Counted from the first letter of the stretch, positions 8,467 through 19,232 are shown. The stretch is DNA of 64,000 bases from Polyangiales bacterium (GCA_965227405.1 OZ245758.1:3188338-3252337); one strand, 5' to 3'. Program-made: numbers and translations. The notes: generated by a model from the sequence alone, not told the origin.

Positions 8467-9039
8467 ATGCGAGTTTCTGTCGTCCTTGTATTGCTCCTGT
8501 CGTCGACCGCGTTTGCCGATGACGTACCTCCGCCGCAAGACGACTGCCCTTCGGGCTCGGCCGGAGAAACCGATCACCACGGGCAGTACTGCGCACCCTT
8601 GCGCTGTCGTAACGATGAAGCGTGCAGCGGACGTCGTTACATTCCCGCGGGACGGGTTTGTCGACCTGCTGCGTTTTGCGTCGAGACTCGCCACTATCGA
8701 AGTCACCGTGGGCACGAAGGTGACTACGAGGTGTTCCAAGGACCCTGCGATGCCTCGGGTGCCTGCGAAACCGGAGAGTGTGTCCGCGCAGACTTTTGTG
8801 TGGATGCCGACGACCCGTTGGAGCCAGCCGCCACGGTGACGATGATGTCCACGTCGATGACGTCTGCCTCCATGGAGACGTCTGCTTCCATGGAGCCTTC
8901 GGAAGCATCCGAGACGTCGGCTTCCGCCGAAGGTGAAAGTAGTTGCTCTGCCGGTCACGCGACCGACGGAACATGGCTCGTGTTGCTGTGCTTGGTGTGG
9001 GGTCAGCGCAAGTCGAGGTCGCGCGCTTCGATCGCGTAG
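8467..9039 (+). CDS. Secreted Cys-rich protein with a MYXO-CTERM-like C-terminal sorting tail
   Basis: Signal peptide MRVSVVLVLLLSSTAFADD, a Cys-rich middle, a Ser/Thr/Met/Glu low-complexity linker and a C-terminus ...SCSAGHATDGTWLVLLCLVWGQRKSRSR (Gly/Cys-Ser, then hydrophobic, then basic). Confidence 0.55.
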   Translation: MRVSVVLVLLLSSTAFADDVPPPQDDCPSGSAGETDHHGQYCAPLRCRNDEACSGRRYIPAGRVCRPAAFCVETRHYRSHRGHEGDYEVFQGPCDASGACETGECVRADFCVDADDPLEPAATVTMMSTSMTSASMETSASMEPSEASETSASAEGESSCSAGHATDGTWLVLLCLVWGQRKSRSRASIA

Positions 9040-12000
9040 GTCGCCCACGGTTCGGACGTGTCGTAGCCCACGATGGCCAGACCTCGTGTCTCTCCCGCTC
9101 CGCTCCAGCGAACCGGCAAGGGAACGCGCGCCGATGCTCCCGCGTTCATCGGCTCGAGTTGGATTCGCACCATGCCTTCACGATCCGGAGCGTGCACCCG
9201 CTTGACGATATCGGTTCGTCCGACGCGGATCCGCGATGCACGATCCAAAAGAGCTCCTGGAGGCAGTTGCACGAGTAGCTCTGGATGCGGACTGTCGGCG
9301 TCTGCGGCCACGAGTATTTCAAGCGCGGAGGTGGAGTTTGCCGTGCCCACGTCCCCTTCGAGCGAGAGTTCGAGCGGGCCCTCTTGCTGTGCCGAGATGG
9401 GTCGGTCGTAGCGCACGCGTACTCGCGCAAGGCCCAACCCTTGTCCGCGTACGTCGAAGTCGACGTCGTCGTCGGTGGTGAACCGGTGTCGCCCGACACC
9501 CTCGTCGAGTTCGAGAGCCGTTCCATCCACGCGCGCCTGTGCTTCCCCCGAACCGAGCGCGCCGTAGCTCGAGGCGGCGATCAGCCAAAACGCGCTGTCG
9601 CCTTCGCGTAGCAAACCCAACCATGCGCGGGTCCCCAACGCTCGACGAAGATCGTCGCGCAGTTCGTGCTCGCCCACAATGTTTGCGGCGATGGCGAGAG
9701 CTGCGGTTGCGGCGAGACCGTCCTCGACTCCCTCGCCTGGAATCCAACGTCCACCACGTTCGTGGTCCACCACGGCACGACGTGCAGCGACGAAGAGTGC
9801 TCGACCGCTCGCATCGCCTTCATCGGCCAGGAGCAACGCCGCGGATGCACGCGCCATGAGCTCAGGTTGCTCGGCGTGTGTACGCATGGCGTTCCACAGT
9901 GCGTTGCGCATCGAGTCGATGCGCTGCTGAAGCGCGCTGTGATCGGTGACGACCGGCGCTCCACCAGCGACGGGAGCCAGCGCGGCGAGGGTCGCAGCGG
10001 ACTGACGCGTGTCGCCCAGTTCACCCCGCGTCACGCGACCCAGTGCGCGCCGGTAACCGGCATGCCAGCGGACTCCCTCTTCATCCGAGAGTGCGGTCCA
10101 CGCCAAGAGTGCACACGCAGCCTCGACCGGTTCGGGAAGATCACCACGCACGTCGAGCGACGCACGCATGGTTTCATCCGGCAGTTGACCGACGAGTGCC
10201 GCGGCCCAACCCCGCAGCGCAGTGGAATCCCAGCGACGAACCAGAGGATCTTGAAAGAGTCGATCGTGCGCCACGACGACGAGTTCGCCGCGTCCGTTCC
10301 GTGCGTCGTCGGGGAGATCGAAGTCGGGATTCCACGCGCGACCGACCCACGCACCCGCCCATTGCGTTCGGTCTACCGTCGCGTCGTGAACCGGTAGCCG
10401 CATGCGATGAGTCCACAGCGCAGTGCCGTTGCTCTCAATCCGAAGGTCTACCGATGCCTCCCGTCCAGCTCCGCCGAGGATCGTGATCGGAACAGCTTGG
10501 GATTCACCCGCACGAAGCGTGATCGTTGCGGCATCCACGTTTACGCGTGCGCCTCGCGCACTCGCCACAACGCGAACGTTATCGAGCGCATCAAACGCCA
10601 CGATCTGAGGCTGCAGTTGCCATGCGGTACGCCCCAAGCGTTCGGGCCAATCCGCAGCCAACATCACACCATGACCATGTCGATAAGGTTGGATGCGAGC
10701 CACGCGGTGCGCTCCGTGCCAACCCATCGCGATGAGGGTGTAGTTGGCCGGGTACGAAGGAAGCTCGGGCTCGATGGATCCGCTGTGTTGCTGCACGACA
10801 CGAACATCGGTTCCGCGGGCCTTGAGACGGGAGGGGTCGATCGGTGCAGCCATCGGGCGAGGCAGATCGAATCCGCTCACACCCTCGACGCTTGTGTCGA
10901 TCGCACGTGCTTCGACGTCGAACAAATCCGCCAACGTTTGGAGAGTTGCGCGACCCAGTGCGACGCCGTTGAGCCTCGCAAGAAGTCCATCTTCATCCAT
11001 CGCGTCGGCGTAGAGGCTTCCGCTTGGAACCACGCGCGCCGTGAAATCGCTCAGGTCGTCACCGTTTCCGAACCGACCGTCTGGGCCGGCACTCGTGAGC
11101 TTCCATCCCGGGACGACGTCGAACTCACTGGCGCGTGCAGATTGGGTCAAGCGAATCGCGCGGCCCCACGCATCGCGAAAGAGTGCTTCGTTTTCGTCAA
11201 CCGCAAACGCGGTGATCCAATCGGCCGGGGTTCCGCGTCGACCAAACGCCAGATCGAGGTTGCGCTGCCGAACTTGTTGTCGCAACAGCACGAAGGCACG
11301 CAAGAGTCGCTCACGCGTGATGCGGCGAGCCATGCGATCGAAGGTCAGCGACGCATCCATTGCCTCCAACGCTTCGATCCCTAACGGAAGACCACCCAGA
11401 TCGCGTGCGCCTTCGGGCCCGATCTCCGCATCACCCGCGATGGCGTCGAGCAGCGCACGATTGAAACGCCATCGCCCGCGCTCTTGCACAGCGACGTCGG
11501 CAATGTCGGACGACGCCACGAAACTCTCGAGCGCGCGAATCACCAACGCCAAGCGCCCGGTTCGATAGCGCGCCCGCTGGCGCCACGGATCGCGCAGGAC
11601 GCCGACCGACACAGGTTCGGCGGTGGCCGGCAAAGGCAGAATTTGTCCGTCGCGAAGGATCGCGGGTGCGGCTTCGTCGCGCGGTGTGCGCATGGCGACG
11701 AGCGTGTTCCAGTACGCGTCGGTGCTGGCTGGGAAGCGTTCGAACGCAAACATCAGCGAGTGCGCGACAGCGGGCGGAACGGCAGCCACGATGGTGGTGG
11801 TAGGCGTCTGAAGCGAGTTGTCTTGCCAGCGCAGTTCCGGTTGGGGTCGAGTCGTCCGCACCCAGGCCATGCCACCTCGAACTTCATGCAATCCCGGTCC
11901 GATCAACGGACGCACGCGCACCAGTAGTTCGCCTTCGGGAACGGTCGGCCATGCTGCGTTGTGCTCACCCGCCGGAAGCACACGCTGGTCGATGGGAAGC

Positions 12001-13478
12001 AGTCGGCCTCGATCTTGGCGCACCAACGTGACCAACATCGGTGTATTGCGAACAGGCGTGCGCGGTGAGAGTTGCACCTGCAGACCCTCTTGTTCGATGT
12101 GCGCTCGCACGCGAACCATCCCGTCGGGATCCACAGGAGCACACAACGTTTGGCTGGTCGGACCCGCCATGTTCTCGTCATCGTCGAACACCAGGCTGCT
12201 GTTCACTGCGAGCGCCGTGGCACCGCCACACTCATCCGGCACCGCGTTGCCTTCTTCGGCCAAGGTGACCTCGACGTGAGCGACACCATCTGCGTTCGTC
12301 GTGGCGGTGTGCGTGCCGATTCGTGGAGCTGCGATCGACACGCGTTGGTTGGCACGAGGCCGACCGTCGGTGGTGACGTAGCGAACGTAGAGTTCCGTCG
12401 GAACACCGGGAATCAGAGCGCCGCCTTCGGGAACCACTTCGGCGTGGACCCCTGCACGTGAAACGCGGATCGACACTTGAGCATCTCGCTCTCCCACGCC
12501 TGGTGCGACGACGTGCAGACGCGCCGTCCGGTCTTCGAAGCGTTGTCGCGTGCTCTGAATGAACCAGGGAATCGTGGCATGCCCGCGCGCATCGGTTTGG
12601 GCACGCGGCGCTTCCTCTTGGCGTGGATGTCTCGGCAAACCGGTGATCACCGCACCCTGAAGCGGTCTCCCCGCAGAATCCCGCACGTACACCGTGACGG
12701 GAATGCTCTCTCCGGGACGCGCGACCTGACGACTCGGCGCTGCACGCACCTGCATCCTGCGAATCGGCGCCGGTGTGGTTTGAACGTGGGTGGTTGCAGA
12801 GACACCGGACTCGACGTGTGAGACTTCGATCCGAGCGTTGCCGATGTATGCCTCGGGCAACGTGAAGGGAATCGCGTAGGAGCCGTCGGGCGCCGACTGC
12901 GCGTGCATCGGCCCAACGAGTACGCGGCCATCTTCCTGTGCACGTGCGAACAACCGCAGTTCACCTTGAAGACCCAGGTTTCGCACATCGCGCAGCTCGC
13001 CGTAGACCGCGTTGCTCTCACCTGCCCGCAAACGAGCCAGCACTACTGCGGTGCCGAGGCTCGGCTGGTCCTCGGCCTGTACGTAGACACGAAAGCGTCG
13101 TCGGATGAGCCGTTGTGTCGAGCGTGCGTCGATCAGGAGTTCGAACCCGTCGGCATCTTCGGGCACGTCCATACTCAAGACGCTTCGGCCTTGCGCATCG
13201 GTGGTGGCCTCGGCGACCGGTTCATCGCGCTGCAACGATGCAAACATCCGAATCGCGATGCCTGCAGCGGGACGAAAGTCGCGATCACGATGGATCTCAT
13301 GCGCTGCGATCAACCAGCGAGCAGTTTCTCCTGGGCGCACCTGTTGAGGACCTTCAATGGTCATCTCCAACCCGGTGATGTTGCCGCCGGGCAGCGCGGT
13401 GCGTGTTTGCTGTGCCGACGCCGGGCCAGAAAACGTGGCCAGCAGCACGCAGCTGAGAACGCAAATGGCGCGGTTCAT
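9003..13478 (-). CDS. Giant secreted alpha-2-macroglobulin-like protein (MG2 domains plus an alpha/alpha-toroid TED-like region; no CxEQ thioester seen)
   Basis: 1491 aa with a signal peptide and several approximately 100-aa beta-sandwich repeats carrying the RPGETxxW MG2 signature (QQVRPGETARWLIAAHE, ARPGESIPVTVYVRD). Has a helical TED-like segment. Paralog of the upstream gene, and its ATG overlaps that gene's TGA (ATGA). Confidence 0.5.
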   Translation of the reverse strand: MNRAICVLSCVLLATFSGPASAQQTRTALPGGNITGLEMTIEGPQQVRPGETARWLIAAHEIHRDRDFRPAAGIAIRMFASLQRDEPVAEATTDAQGRSVLSMDVPEDADGFELLIDARSTQRLIRRRFRVYVQAEDQPSLGTAVVLARLRAGESNAVYGELRDVRNLGLQGELRLFARAQEDGRVLVGPMHAQSAPDGSYAIPFTLPEAYIGNARIEVSHVESGVSATTHVQTTPAPIRRMQVRAAPSRQVARPGESIPVTVYVRDSAGRPLQGAVITGLPRHPRQEEAPRAQTDARGHATIPWFIQSTRQRFEDRTARLHVVAPGVGERDAQVSIRVSRAGVHAEVVPEGGALIPGVPTELYVRYVTTDGRPRANQRVSIAAPRIGTHTATTNADGVAHVEVTLAEEGNAVPDECGGATALAVNSSLVFDDDENMAGPTSQTLCAPVDPDGMVRVRAHIEQEGLQVQLSPRTPVRNTPMLVTLVRQDRGRLLPIDQRVLPAGEHNAAWPTVPEGELLVRVRPLIGPGLHEVRGGMAWVRTTRPQPELRWQDNSLQTPTTTIVAAVPPAVAHSLMFAFERFPASTDAYWNTLVAMRTPRDEAAPAILRDGQILPLPATAEPVSVGVLRDPWRQRARYRTGRLALVIRALESFVASSDIADVAVQERGRWRFNRALLDAIAGDAEIGPEGARDLGGLPLGIEALEAMDASLTFDRMARRITRERLLRAFVLLRQQVRQRNLDLAFGRRGTPADWITAFAVDENEALFRDAWGRAIRLTQSARASEFDVVPGWKLTSAGPDGRFGNGDDLSDFTARVVPSGSLYADAMDEDGLLARLNGVALGRATLQTLADLFDVEARAIDTSVEGVSGFDLPRPMAAPIDPSRLKARGTDVRVVQQHSGSIEPELPSYPANYTLIAMGWHGAHRVARIQPYRHGHGVMLAADWPERLGRTAWQLQPQIVAFDALDNVRVVASARGARVNVDAATITLRAGESQAVPITILGGAGREASVDLRIESNGTALWTHRMRLPVHDATVDRTQWAGAWVGRAWNPDFDLPDDARNGRGELVVVAHDRLFQDPLVRRWDSTALRGWAAALVGQLPDETMRASLDVRGDLPEPVEAACALLAWTALSDEEGVRWHAGYRRALGRVTRGELGDTRQSAATLAALAPVAGGAPVVTDHSALQQRIDSMRNALWNAMRTHAEQPELMARASAALLLADEGDASGRALFVAARRAVVDHERGGRWIPGEGVEDGLAATAALAIAANIVGEHELRDDLRRALGTRAWLGLLREGDSAFWLIAASSYGALGSGEAQARVDGTALELDEGVGRHRFTTDDDVDFDVRGQGLGLARVRVRYDRPISAQQEGPLELSLEGDVGTANSTSALEILVAADADSPHPELLVQLPPGALLDRASRIRVGRTDIVKRVHAPDREGMVRIQLEPMNAGASARVPLPVRWSGAGETRGLAIVGYDTSEPWATYAIEARDLDLR

Positions 13479-16400
13479 TGGGCACCTCCAATCTCGAGCG
13501 TGCGTGGGGCAATGACGATGGCGCGATCCGGTCGAGGCGCGGCATGCGCGCTAACACCAAGCCCGCGCACGCGACCTGCAACGGTCCAACGCAAGCGGAG
13601 GGGAATCTCAATGCTGCGACCTGGCAACAACGTGCGCAGGTTCATCCGCACGGTCTTCTGTTCGTGAACCGGTCGACGGACCAACCGACGTTCCAGATGG
13701 GCAAAGGCGGTCTCGTCGAGTTCCGCACCCGTGGGGAGGTCGATTTCCAGCACCGCGTGTCGCAACGTCTGAGGCCGCGCGTTGTGAACTCGAACCGTGT
13801 ACGTGTCGACGCGGTCGACGCGATGGTGTGCTTCGTCAGGTGGTGTGACGGTCACGCGGAACGGGCCACGACGTTCACCGGTGGAACGCCACGGAAGCGC
13901 GTATTCGGTTTGCGCGCGGATGTGGACGGGTCCGTCAAAGTCGGTGATGCGAACGCGGTGGTTTCCAGGACGGTCGAGCTCGAGTTCACTGACCTCACCA
14001 CGACCGTGGTGCAGCTCGACCGTGTGTGACGTGCCGTCGATGTCCAGTGTGACTGAGTCGCGCGTCGGTCCCATGATCAGACGCGCGGCTGCAGTGGCGA
14101 GGTCCTTTTCGAATCGCGAGAAACCGCGCCAGCGAGGCACGGCCGCACGGCTCGCCATCGAACGAACTCCCAGTGTGCGAACCAACTCGAACGCAGGTTC
14201 GCGGCGATCCAATCCGGCGTACGCGATCGCGAGTGCCGCGGAAGGCGCCAGATTCTGCGAGCGGTCCAAGTGTTCGCTTCCACGAGCTTGCAGCCAGACG
14301 CCATCGGCAAAGCGAACCACCGCGCGATGTGCGCGACGAAGGTGCTCGCGCGCACGGGTGGGTTCACCCGTCCAGGCCAGTGCAGCACCAGCCACAGCGT
14401 GCAACGCGGGCGCATCGGAGATGGCCGTCGCGCCGCGCTCGACCGTGGCGCGCAACGACTCGGCCAACGTGCGTAGCGTTGCGCCTTGTGGCCGATCCCC
14501 GGCGTGTCGCAACGCCGGAGCGATGGCGAGCAACCCCAACGCCGCGTACTCCGTTTGTGCTTCACTCGGTTCGGACGCGACCATCCGCTCGGTGATGCCC
14601 GCCAGTACCGCGTTGACTCGTGCGGGACTCAGTGCGCGGGTCTTCCAGAGCACGCCCAGTGCGAGTGCGGCGTCGAGTGGATCGCCCAAGAGTTCGTCGC
14701 GGTCGAACAGGTCGCCGACGTGGTCTGAGGCGTTCCCGATCGCATCGGCGGAGGCTTCACCGGTCAGGGCTTCAGCCCAACCGAGCCAGGGCGAGTATCC
14801 GCCGAACATGGCGTGCCCAGTTGTGACAATCACCCGCCCACCACGACGCGGTTGAGCGTGCTGCGGGACGTTGAGCTGCAGCGCGCGTCCACTTGCCAGC
14901 AAACGATCCATCTCACGCACAACCCGGCGCGCGTTGGGCAACACCTGGAACGGTCGGCGGGTCGCATCGTCCACGTTGGCAGAACGTCCCTCGACGCGAA
15001 GATGACCCTCGCCACCGCGCGCGACCAACTCCACTTCACTCACGTGTGCGTCCTGCGCGCCAACGGTGGCTGGCTCGGCGGATTGTGACTCGATCTGGAG
15101 CTCTCCCTCCGCATGAACAGAGAGCGCCACTTCCATCGGCGCGTTGGTGCGATTGGCTGCACGCAGAGGCAACCGAATGGTGTCGCCTTCGGTCACGTAG
15201 CGCGGCACCGGTGCATCCACGACCAAGTCCTGATCGACGCGAATGCGCGTCGTGGTCGACCAGACCCATCCGTCCGGTCGCCAGTGCACGATCTCCACCA
15301 AGTAGGTCGTTGCAGCGTGCGCCAGAGGAATGGCAACCGAGGTCGTACCCGACGCGTCGACCGGCATCGTTGGAACGAAGTGCAGCGTGCCGGGGAACTC
15401 TTCGCGAACCAATCCCCGCAGCGAACCGTGTCCGATTGTCGAAGCGTTTCCGAGTCGAATTCGGGGCGTACGCGAACTGCGACCCCGCAAGGATCCCGCG
15501 CCGCGACCGTAGCCACTTCCACCGCCGCCTCGACCCGTTCCACGTAGACCAAGCCCGCCGTATCCAAACGACTCACCGATCTGATCCCCCGCCAACATGC
15601 CCATCGACGCTTCGGCTGTGACCGCATCTCCGGTTTGCGCGTCCAACTGTGCCTGCGTCATTCGCTCGTGTGCAGCGATCATCTCTTGCAGTGCCTCGGG
15701 CCCTGGCGCGATCACCGAGAGCGAGCGCATCAGCTGATCTTCTCCCGACGCCTGTGCGTACGGAGTGCCCGTGCGAACAACCCGTTCGAAGGGGTTGAGA
15801 ATATCGTCGCGCGTGTTGAGCCGACCGTCGGGACCAGGAAACGCAAGCGTTTGTCCCGGCGCGTTGGGTGCGACGGAGAGAGTGTCGGTGGGTCGAGGGC
15901 GAACACCCAACGTGCCGCCCCAGGGATCGCGCAAGTCTGTGGTGTCCAGCATGCCGGCTTGCACCAAGCGCGAGACCCAGCGGCTGGGAACCTCGTCGGT
16001 GTTGCGGTTCTCGTCGGAGAGAAACGTTCCGAGTGCCACGAGTGCGCGCACTAAGCGAAGTCGAGTCACGCGACGCGCAACCGTGTTGAAGTTGAACGAC
16101 GCGTCGGCGTCTTCAAGGGCCGCGATCGTGACTGCTTCGCCACCTTGGGTGCGAATCCGCGTGTCCGGTGCAACATCGGCCAGGATGTCCGCGCGAAACG
16201 TGCGTCGCGCGCCTCGACCTCTCACGAGTGTCTCGACGTCGTCCGCGTTCAGGAGCGCGCGCTCAACGGCGGTCATCAAAGGCTGCAAACCACGGCGTCG
16301 AAGCTCGTTCGCCGCGGCAATCGGGTCGCGCAGATCGCCAATAGCGGCATTCGGTCCGGAGTAGCGATCGTTTTCTGCACGACCGAACTCGTCGATCACA

Positions 16401-18280
16401 GCTGCCGCAACGCGTGGTTCCGAGGGCGCAGCGAGTGTCGCGAGAGACGCTCGAGCGAGACGATCCAGACTCGCAGTGTCGGGATCAAAGAGTGCTTTGC
16501 GGACACGCGCTCGTAGAAAGAACATCTCAAAGGGTCGTTCGCCGCCGTGTTGGGCGAGGTCGCGAACATCCACCGCAAGCCAACCCCCACTTCCTGCGCG
16601 GGTCTGGACGTCGACCGTGGCCTCCGAACCGATGGAGTAGACGTCACGTTGGGGGCTGGCTTCGGGAAACGACGGATTCGCGGGACGAACGAGCACAGGC
16701 GCCATGCCTGGGAATGACTCCGCGCTCTCACCGCGACCGGGATCCGACACGACGCGTGCGCGCGCGTACACCAATCCCAGCGCGTTGGGCGTTTCGAAAC
16801 GAACCTCATTGGCGCGCGTGGTGCGTGACTCGAGCAACGTTCCGTTTCGGATGAGCGAGACCGAAACGAGTGCACGACGCGCGTCGGGGCGACGGCTCAA
16901 GCGAACGACGAGCGGTTCACCAGGTGCGCGCACCGTGGAGCTCACCACAGGTCGGACACGCACGGCCGGCCAGACCGGAACGCAGAAACGTGCGTGGCGT
17001 GCGCGTGGACCCTCGATTTCGACATCAAACGACGCGGCGGTCGCGCCGTTGCACTCGCCTGCTTGATGCCGTGCGGCATCTCCACGGCGCAAGGTGACAC
17101 CAACTTCGACCAGTCCATGTTCGTCGGTGGTGTGTGATGCGGTGCGTACGCCTGGCCCACGCACGGTGACTCGTGTTCCTGCCGGCGGAGGATCGCCCGC
17201 AGCGTCGAGAACGTGGACGTAGAGTTCGGAGGGGACCTCCGGAACGAGACCACCTGCGCCCGCAATTCCTTCGACGACGAGCGACAGGGGCATCGCCAAA
17301 CGCAGCGTGCGGCTCGTCTCCGCAGTTCCGTGTGCCGGATGTCGGACTTCTGCACGGATGGTGACCGTTCCGGTTTCGTTGGCGAGGTACGCCGGCGTTT
17401 CGGTAGTGAATTGCGCAACGCCGTCGGCGTCGGTCCTCATCGTCAGCACGTCGCGCTCCCCAACCCGCAGTTGGACTTGAGCGTTTCGAACTCGTGCACC
17501 ACTCGGCGCCGTGACGCGCACCCGCGGCTCGAAACGCTGGCCTGGCGCAAACTGTGTCCCGTCCCACTCGAGGTCCGCCATCAGTCGTTCTTGAGTGCGG
17601 CGTCCAACGGAAACGTCCAAGACTTCGTGCACAACTTCGCCGATGCGGGCGCGAACGGCGTAGCTTCCAGGCGACTCGTCGGGACTCAGCGCAACACGCA
17701 GATGCGCGACACCCGAAGCGTCCGTTCGAAGCGCTTCTTGCGACATGCGACCCGCGCGATCCATTTCGAGCGTGACGGCGTGATTGGCGAGTGGTGCCAG
17801 TGTTCGACGGTCTCTCAAGAGAACCCACGCGTGCACGGTTTCCCCCGGTTCGTAGAACGCGCGATCCGTTTGCAGACGCATCGTGAAGGGCTGCGCGAGC
17901 TGAAGTCCTTGCACGATGCGTCGCATACGCTCGCCGTCTCCGACTTCGACTTCGAGGTGAGAAGGACCGCGAGCACCCGTCGGGATCTGCACGTGGAGCG
18001 TGAACGCACCGTCTCGATCGGCTCGGGTTTCCACCCACGGGCCGTCTTGCACGTCCGGGGCATCACCGACGTACCGAGCGCGCACGGTCGCGTTGTTGAA
18101 CGGCTGCAAGGTCGCGAGTCCCCGAACACGAAAGGCGCGCCCACGCAATCGATGTTCAGCGCCGATCGTCGCTGTGTTGCTTCCATGAAGGGCAACATCG
18201 AAACCGTTTCCTGAGGGCGTTTGGGCAAACGCCAGGGTCGGCACCACGCAGAGCACCGCCAACAAAGCTCTATTCATCAT
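13475..18280 (-). CDS. Giant secreted alpha-2-macroglobulin-like protein (paralog of 9003..13478)
   Basis: About 1600 aa. Start set at ATG 18280/18277 (MMNRALLAVLCVVPTLAFAQ signal peptide, GGGAG Shine-Dalgarno-like sequence upstream). MG2 signature FYEPGETVHAWVLLRD, a Gly-rich GLRGTGRGGGGSGYGRGAG linker and a TED-like helical region. Shares RRxTRxRLxRAxV with its paralog. Confidence 0.5.
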   Translation of the reverse strand: MMNRALLAVLCVVPTLAFAQTPSGNGFDVALHGSNTATIGAEHRLRGRAFRVRGLATLQPFNNATVRARYVGDAPDVQDGPWVETRADRDGAFTLHVQIPTGARGPSHLEVEVGDGERMRRIVQGLQLAQPFTMRLQTDRAFYEPGETVHAWVLLRDRRTLAPLANHAVTLEMDRAGRMSQEALRTDASGVAHLRVALSPDESPGSYAVRARIGEVVHEVLDVSVGRRTQERLMADLEWDGTQFAPGQRFEPRVRVTAPSGARVRNAQVQLRVGERDVLTMRTDADGVAQFTTETPAYLANETGTVTIRAEVRHPAHGTAETSRTLRLAMPLSLVVEGIAGAGGLVPEVPSELYVHVLDAAGDPPPAGTRVTVRGPGVRTASHTTDEHGLVEVGVTLRRGDAARHQAGECNGATAASFDVEIEGPRARHARFCVPVWPAVRVRPVVSSTVRAPGEPLVVRLSRRPDARRALVSVSLIRNGTLLESRTTRANEVRFETPNALGLVYARARVVSDPGRGESAESFPGMAPVLVRPANPSFPEASPQRDVYSIGSEATVDVQTRAGSGGWLAVDVRDLAQHGGERPFEMFFLRARVRKALFDPDTASLDRLARASLATLAAPSEPRVAAAVIDEFGRAENDRYSGPNAAIGDLRDPIAAANELRRRGLQPLMTAVERALLNADDVETLVRGRGARRTFRADILADVAPDTRIRTQGGEAVTIAALEDADASFNFNTVARRVTRLRLVRALVALGTFLSDENRNTDEVPSRWVSRLVQAGMLDTTDLRDPWGGTLGVRPRPTDTLSVAPNAPGQTLAFPGPDGRLNTRDDILNPFERVVRTGTPYAQASGEDQLMRSLSVIAPGPEALQEMIAAHERMTQAQLDAQTGDAVTAEASMGMLAGDQIGESFGYGGLGLRGTGRGGGGSGYGRGAGSLRGRSSRTPRIRLGNASTIGHGSLRGLVREEFPGTLHFVPTMPVDASGTTSVAIPLAHAATTYLVEIVHWRPDGWVWSTTTRIRVDQDLVVDAPVPRYVTEGDTIRLPLRAANRTNAPMEVALSVHAEGELQIESQSAEPATVGAQDAHVSEVELVARGGEGHLRVEGRSANVDDATRRPFQVLPNARRVVREMDRLLASGRALQLNVPQHAQPRRGGRVIVTTGHAMFGGYSPWLGWAEALTGEASADAIGNASDHVGDLFDRDELLGDPLDAALALGVLWKTRALSPARVNAVLAGITERMVASEPSEAQTEYAALGLLAIAPALRHAGDRPQGATLRTLAESLRATVERGATAISDAPALHAVAGAALAWTGEPTRAREHLRRAHRAVVRFADGVWLQARGSEHLDRSQNLAPSAALAIAYAGLDRREPAFELVRTLGVRSMASRAAVPRWRGFSRFEKDLATAAARLIMGPTRDSVTLDIDGTSHTVELHHGRGEVSELELDRPGNHRVRITDFDGPVHIRAQTEYALPWRSTGERRGPFRVTVTPPDEAHHRVDRVDTYTVRVHNARPQTLRHAVLEIDLPTGAELDETAFAHLERRLVRRPVHEQKTVRMNLRTLLPGRSIEIPLRLRWTVAGRVRGLGVSAHAAPRPDRAIVIAPRTLEIGGAQ

Positions 18281-18394
18281 CACTCCCCACAGGCCGACAC
18301 CCTCGATTCGCAGAAGTTTCGGCGCGTGTTGCGAGGGAAGCTCCCACAACAATCGAACGTACGAGAGAGGTTTCTTCGCTATACCCTCGAGACG

Positions 18395-19213
18395 ATGCGA
18401 GAAGACCAAGCGAGCTTTACCGCACGGATCGTGGCGCTCGCGCGTGCACTGGCTTCCGATGCGTCAGGCCCACTCGACTCGACGGCGAGCACCATGTTGG
18501 ATGCACGCTGGCTCGACCGCGCACGGCCTCGAGGGTTGTCGCGCCGCGTCGTTTCGCTTCTCAGCGCCGGCGTGTTCGACCACGTTGCGCTGCGCACGCG
18601 ACGAATCGACGATGCTGTCTCCGAAGCCGGCTCGCCTCAGTTGGTGATCCTCGGCGCGGGGTTGGACGGTCGTGCATGGCGACTCGACTCGTTGAACGAC
18701 GCGGTCGTGTACGAGGTGGACCACCCTGCGACGCAACGGCTCAAGCGGAAGCGCTTGGGCACGATGGATCCCGTGGCTCGCGAGGTGCGCTTTGTGAGTG
18801 TCGACTTCGAGCGTGACTCGTTGTTGGAAGAGTTGATCCGTGCCGGCTTCGATCCTCAGCGCAAAGCCACGTGGATTTGGGAAGGCGTGACCATGTATCT
18901 CGAGCCCGAGACGGTGCGGGGCACACTGCGGATCTTGGGTGAGCTCAGCGCACCCGGCAGCACGTTGGTGGTGACCTACGCGACGCGTCAGTCGGTGATC
19001 TTCCGAGCCGGACTTGAGCGTGTGGTCGACCTGGCGTTCGGAGTGCTTGGTGAACCTCTTCCTGGTCTGACCACAAAGTCGGATTTTCAGGCGATGGTGC
19101 ATCGCGCCGGGTGGACGCCCATCCACGATGAGAACGACCGGGACATGCAACGTCGCTATCCCGAGTGGCGACCTGCGCCGTGGGAAGAGCGCGTGATGAT
19201 CGCGACCTGCTGA
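18395..19213 (+). CDS. Class I SAM-dependent methyltransferase (LCMT/TIGR00027 O-methyltransferase family)
   Basis: VILGAGLDGRAW glycine loop and the overall pattern of the leucine-carboxyl/Omt methyltransferase family. Start moved to the internal ATG (MREDQASF...). Confidence 0.6.
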   Translation: MREDQASFTARIVALARALASDASGPLDSTASTMLDARWLDRARPRGLSRRVVSLLSAGVFDHVALRTRRIDDAVSEAGSPQLVILGAGLDGRAWRLDSLNDAVVYEVDHPATQRLKRKRLGTMDPVAREVRFVSVDFERDSLLEELIRAGFDPQRKATWIWEGVTMYLEPETVRGTLRILGELSAPGSTLVVTYATRQSVIFRAGLERVVDLAFGVLGEPLPGLTTKSDFQAMVHRAGWTPIHDENDRDMQRRYPEWRPAPWEERVMIATC

Positions 19214-19232
19214 CAACGCCGTACGTGGAGTA

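Noticed and set aside
8203-9048. 281-aa minus-strand ORF overlapping the Cys-rich MYXO-CTERM gene
   Set aside because: The plus-strand gene has a signal peptide and sorting tail. The minus ORF is His/Arg-rich with no features.
17025-18038. 337-aa minus-strand, frame-shifted Arg-rich ORF inside the A2M-like gene, plus a 333-aa plus-strand ORF 17213..18214
   Set aside because: Both lie within or antisense to a 1600-aa ORF with coherent domain content. Their composition is typical of off-frame GC-rich translation.
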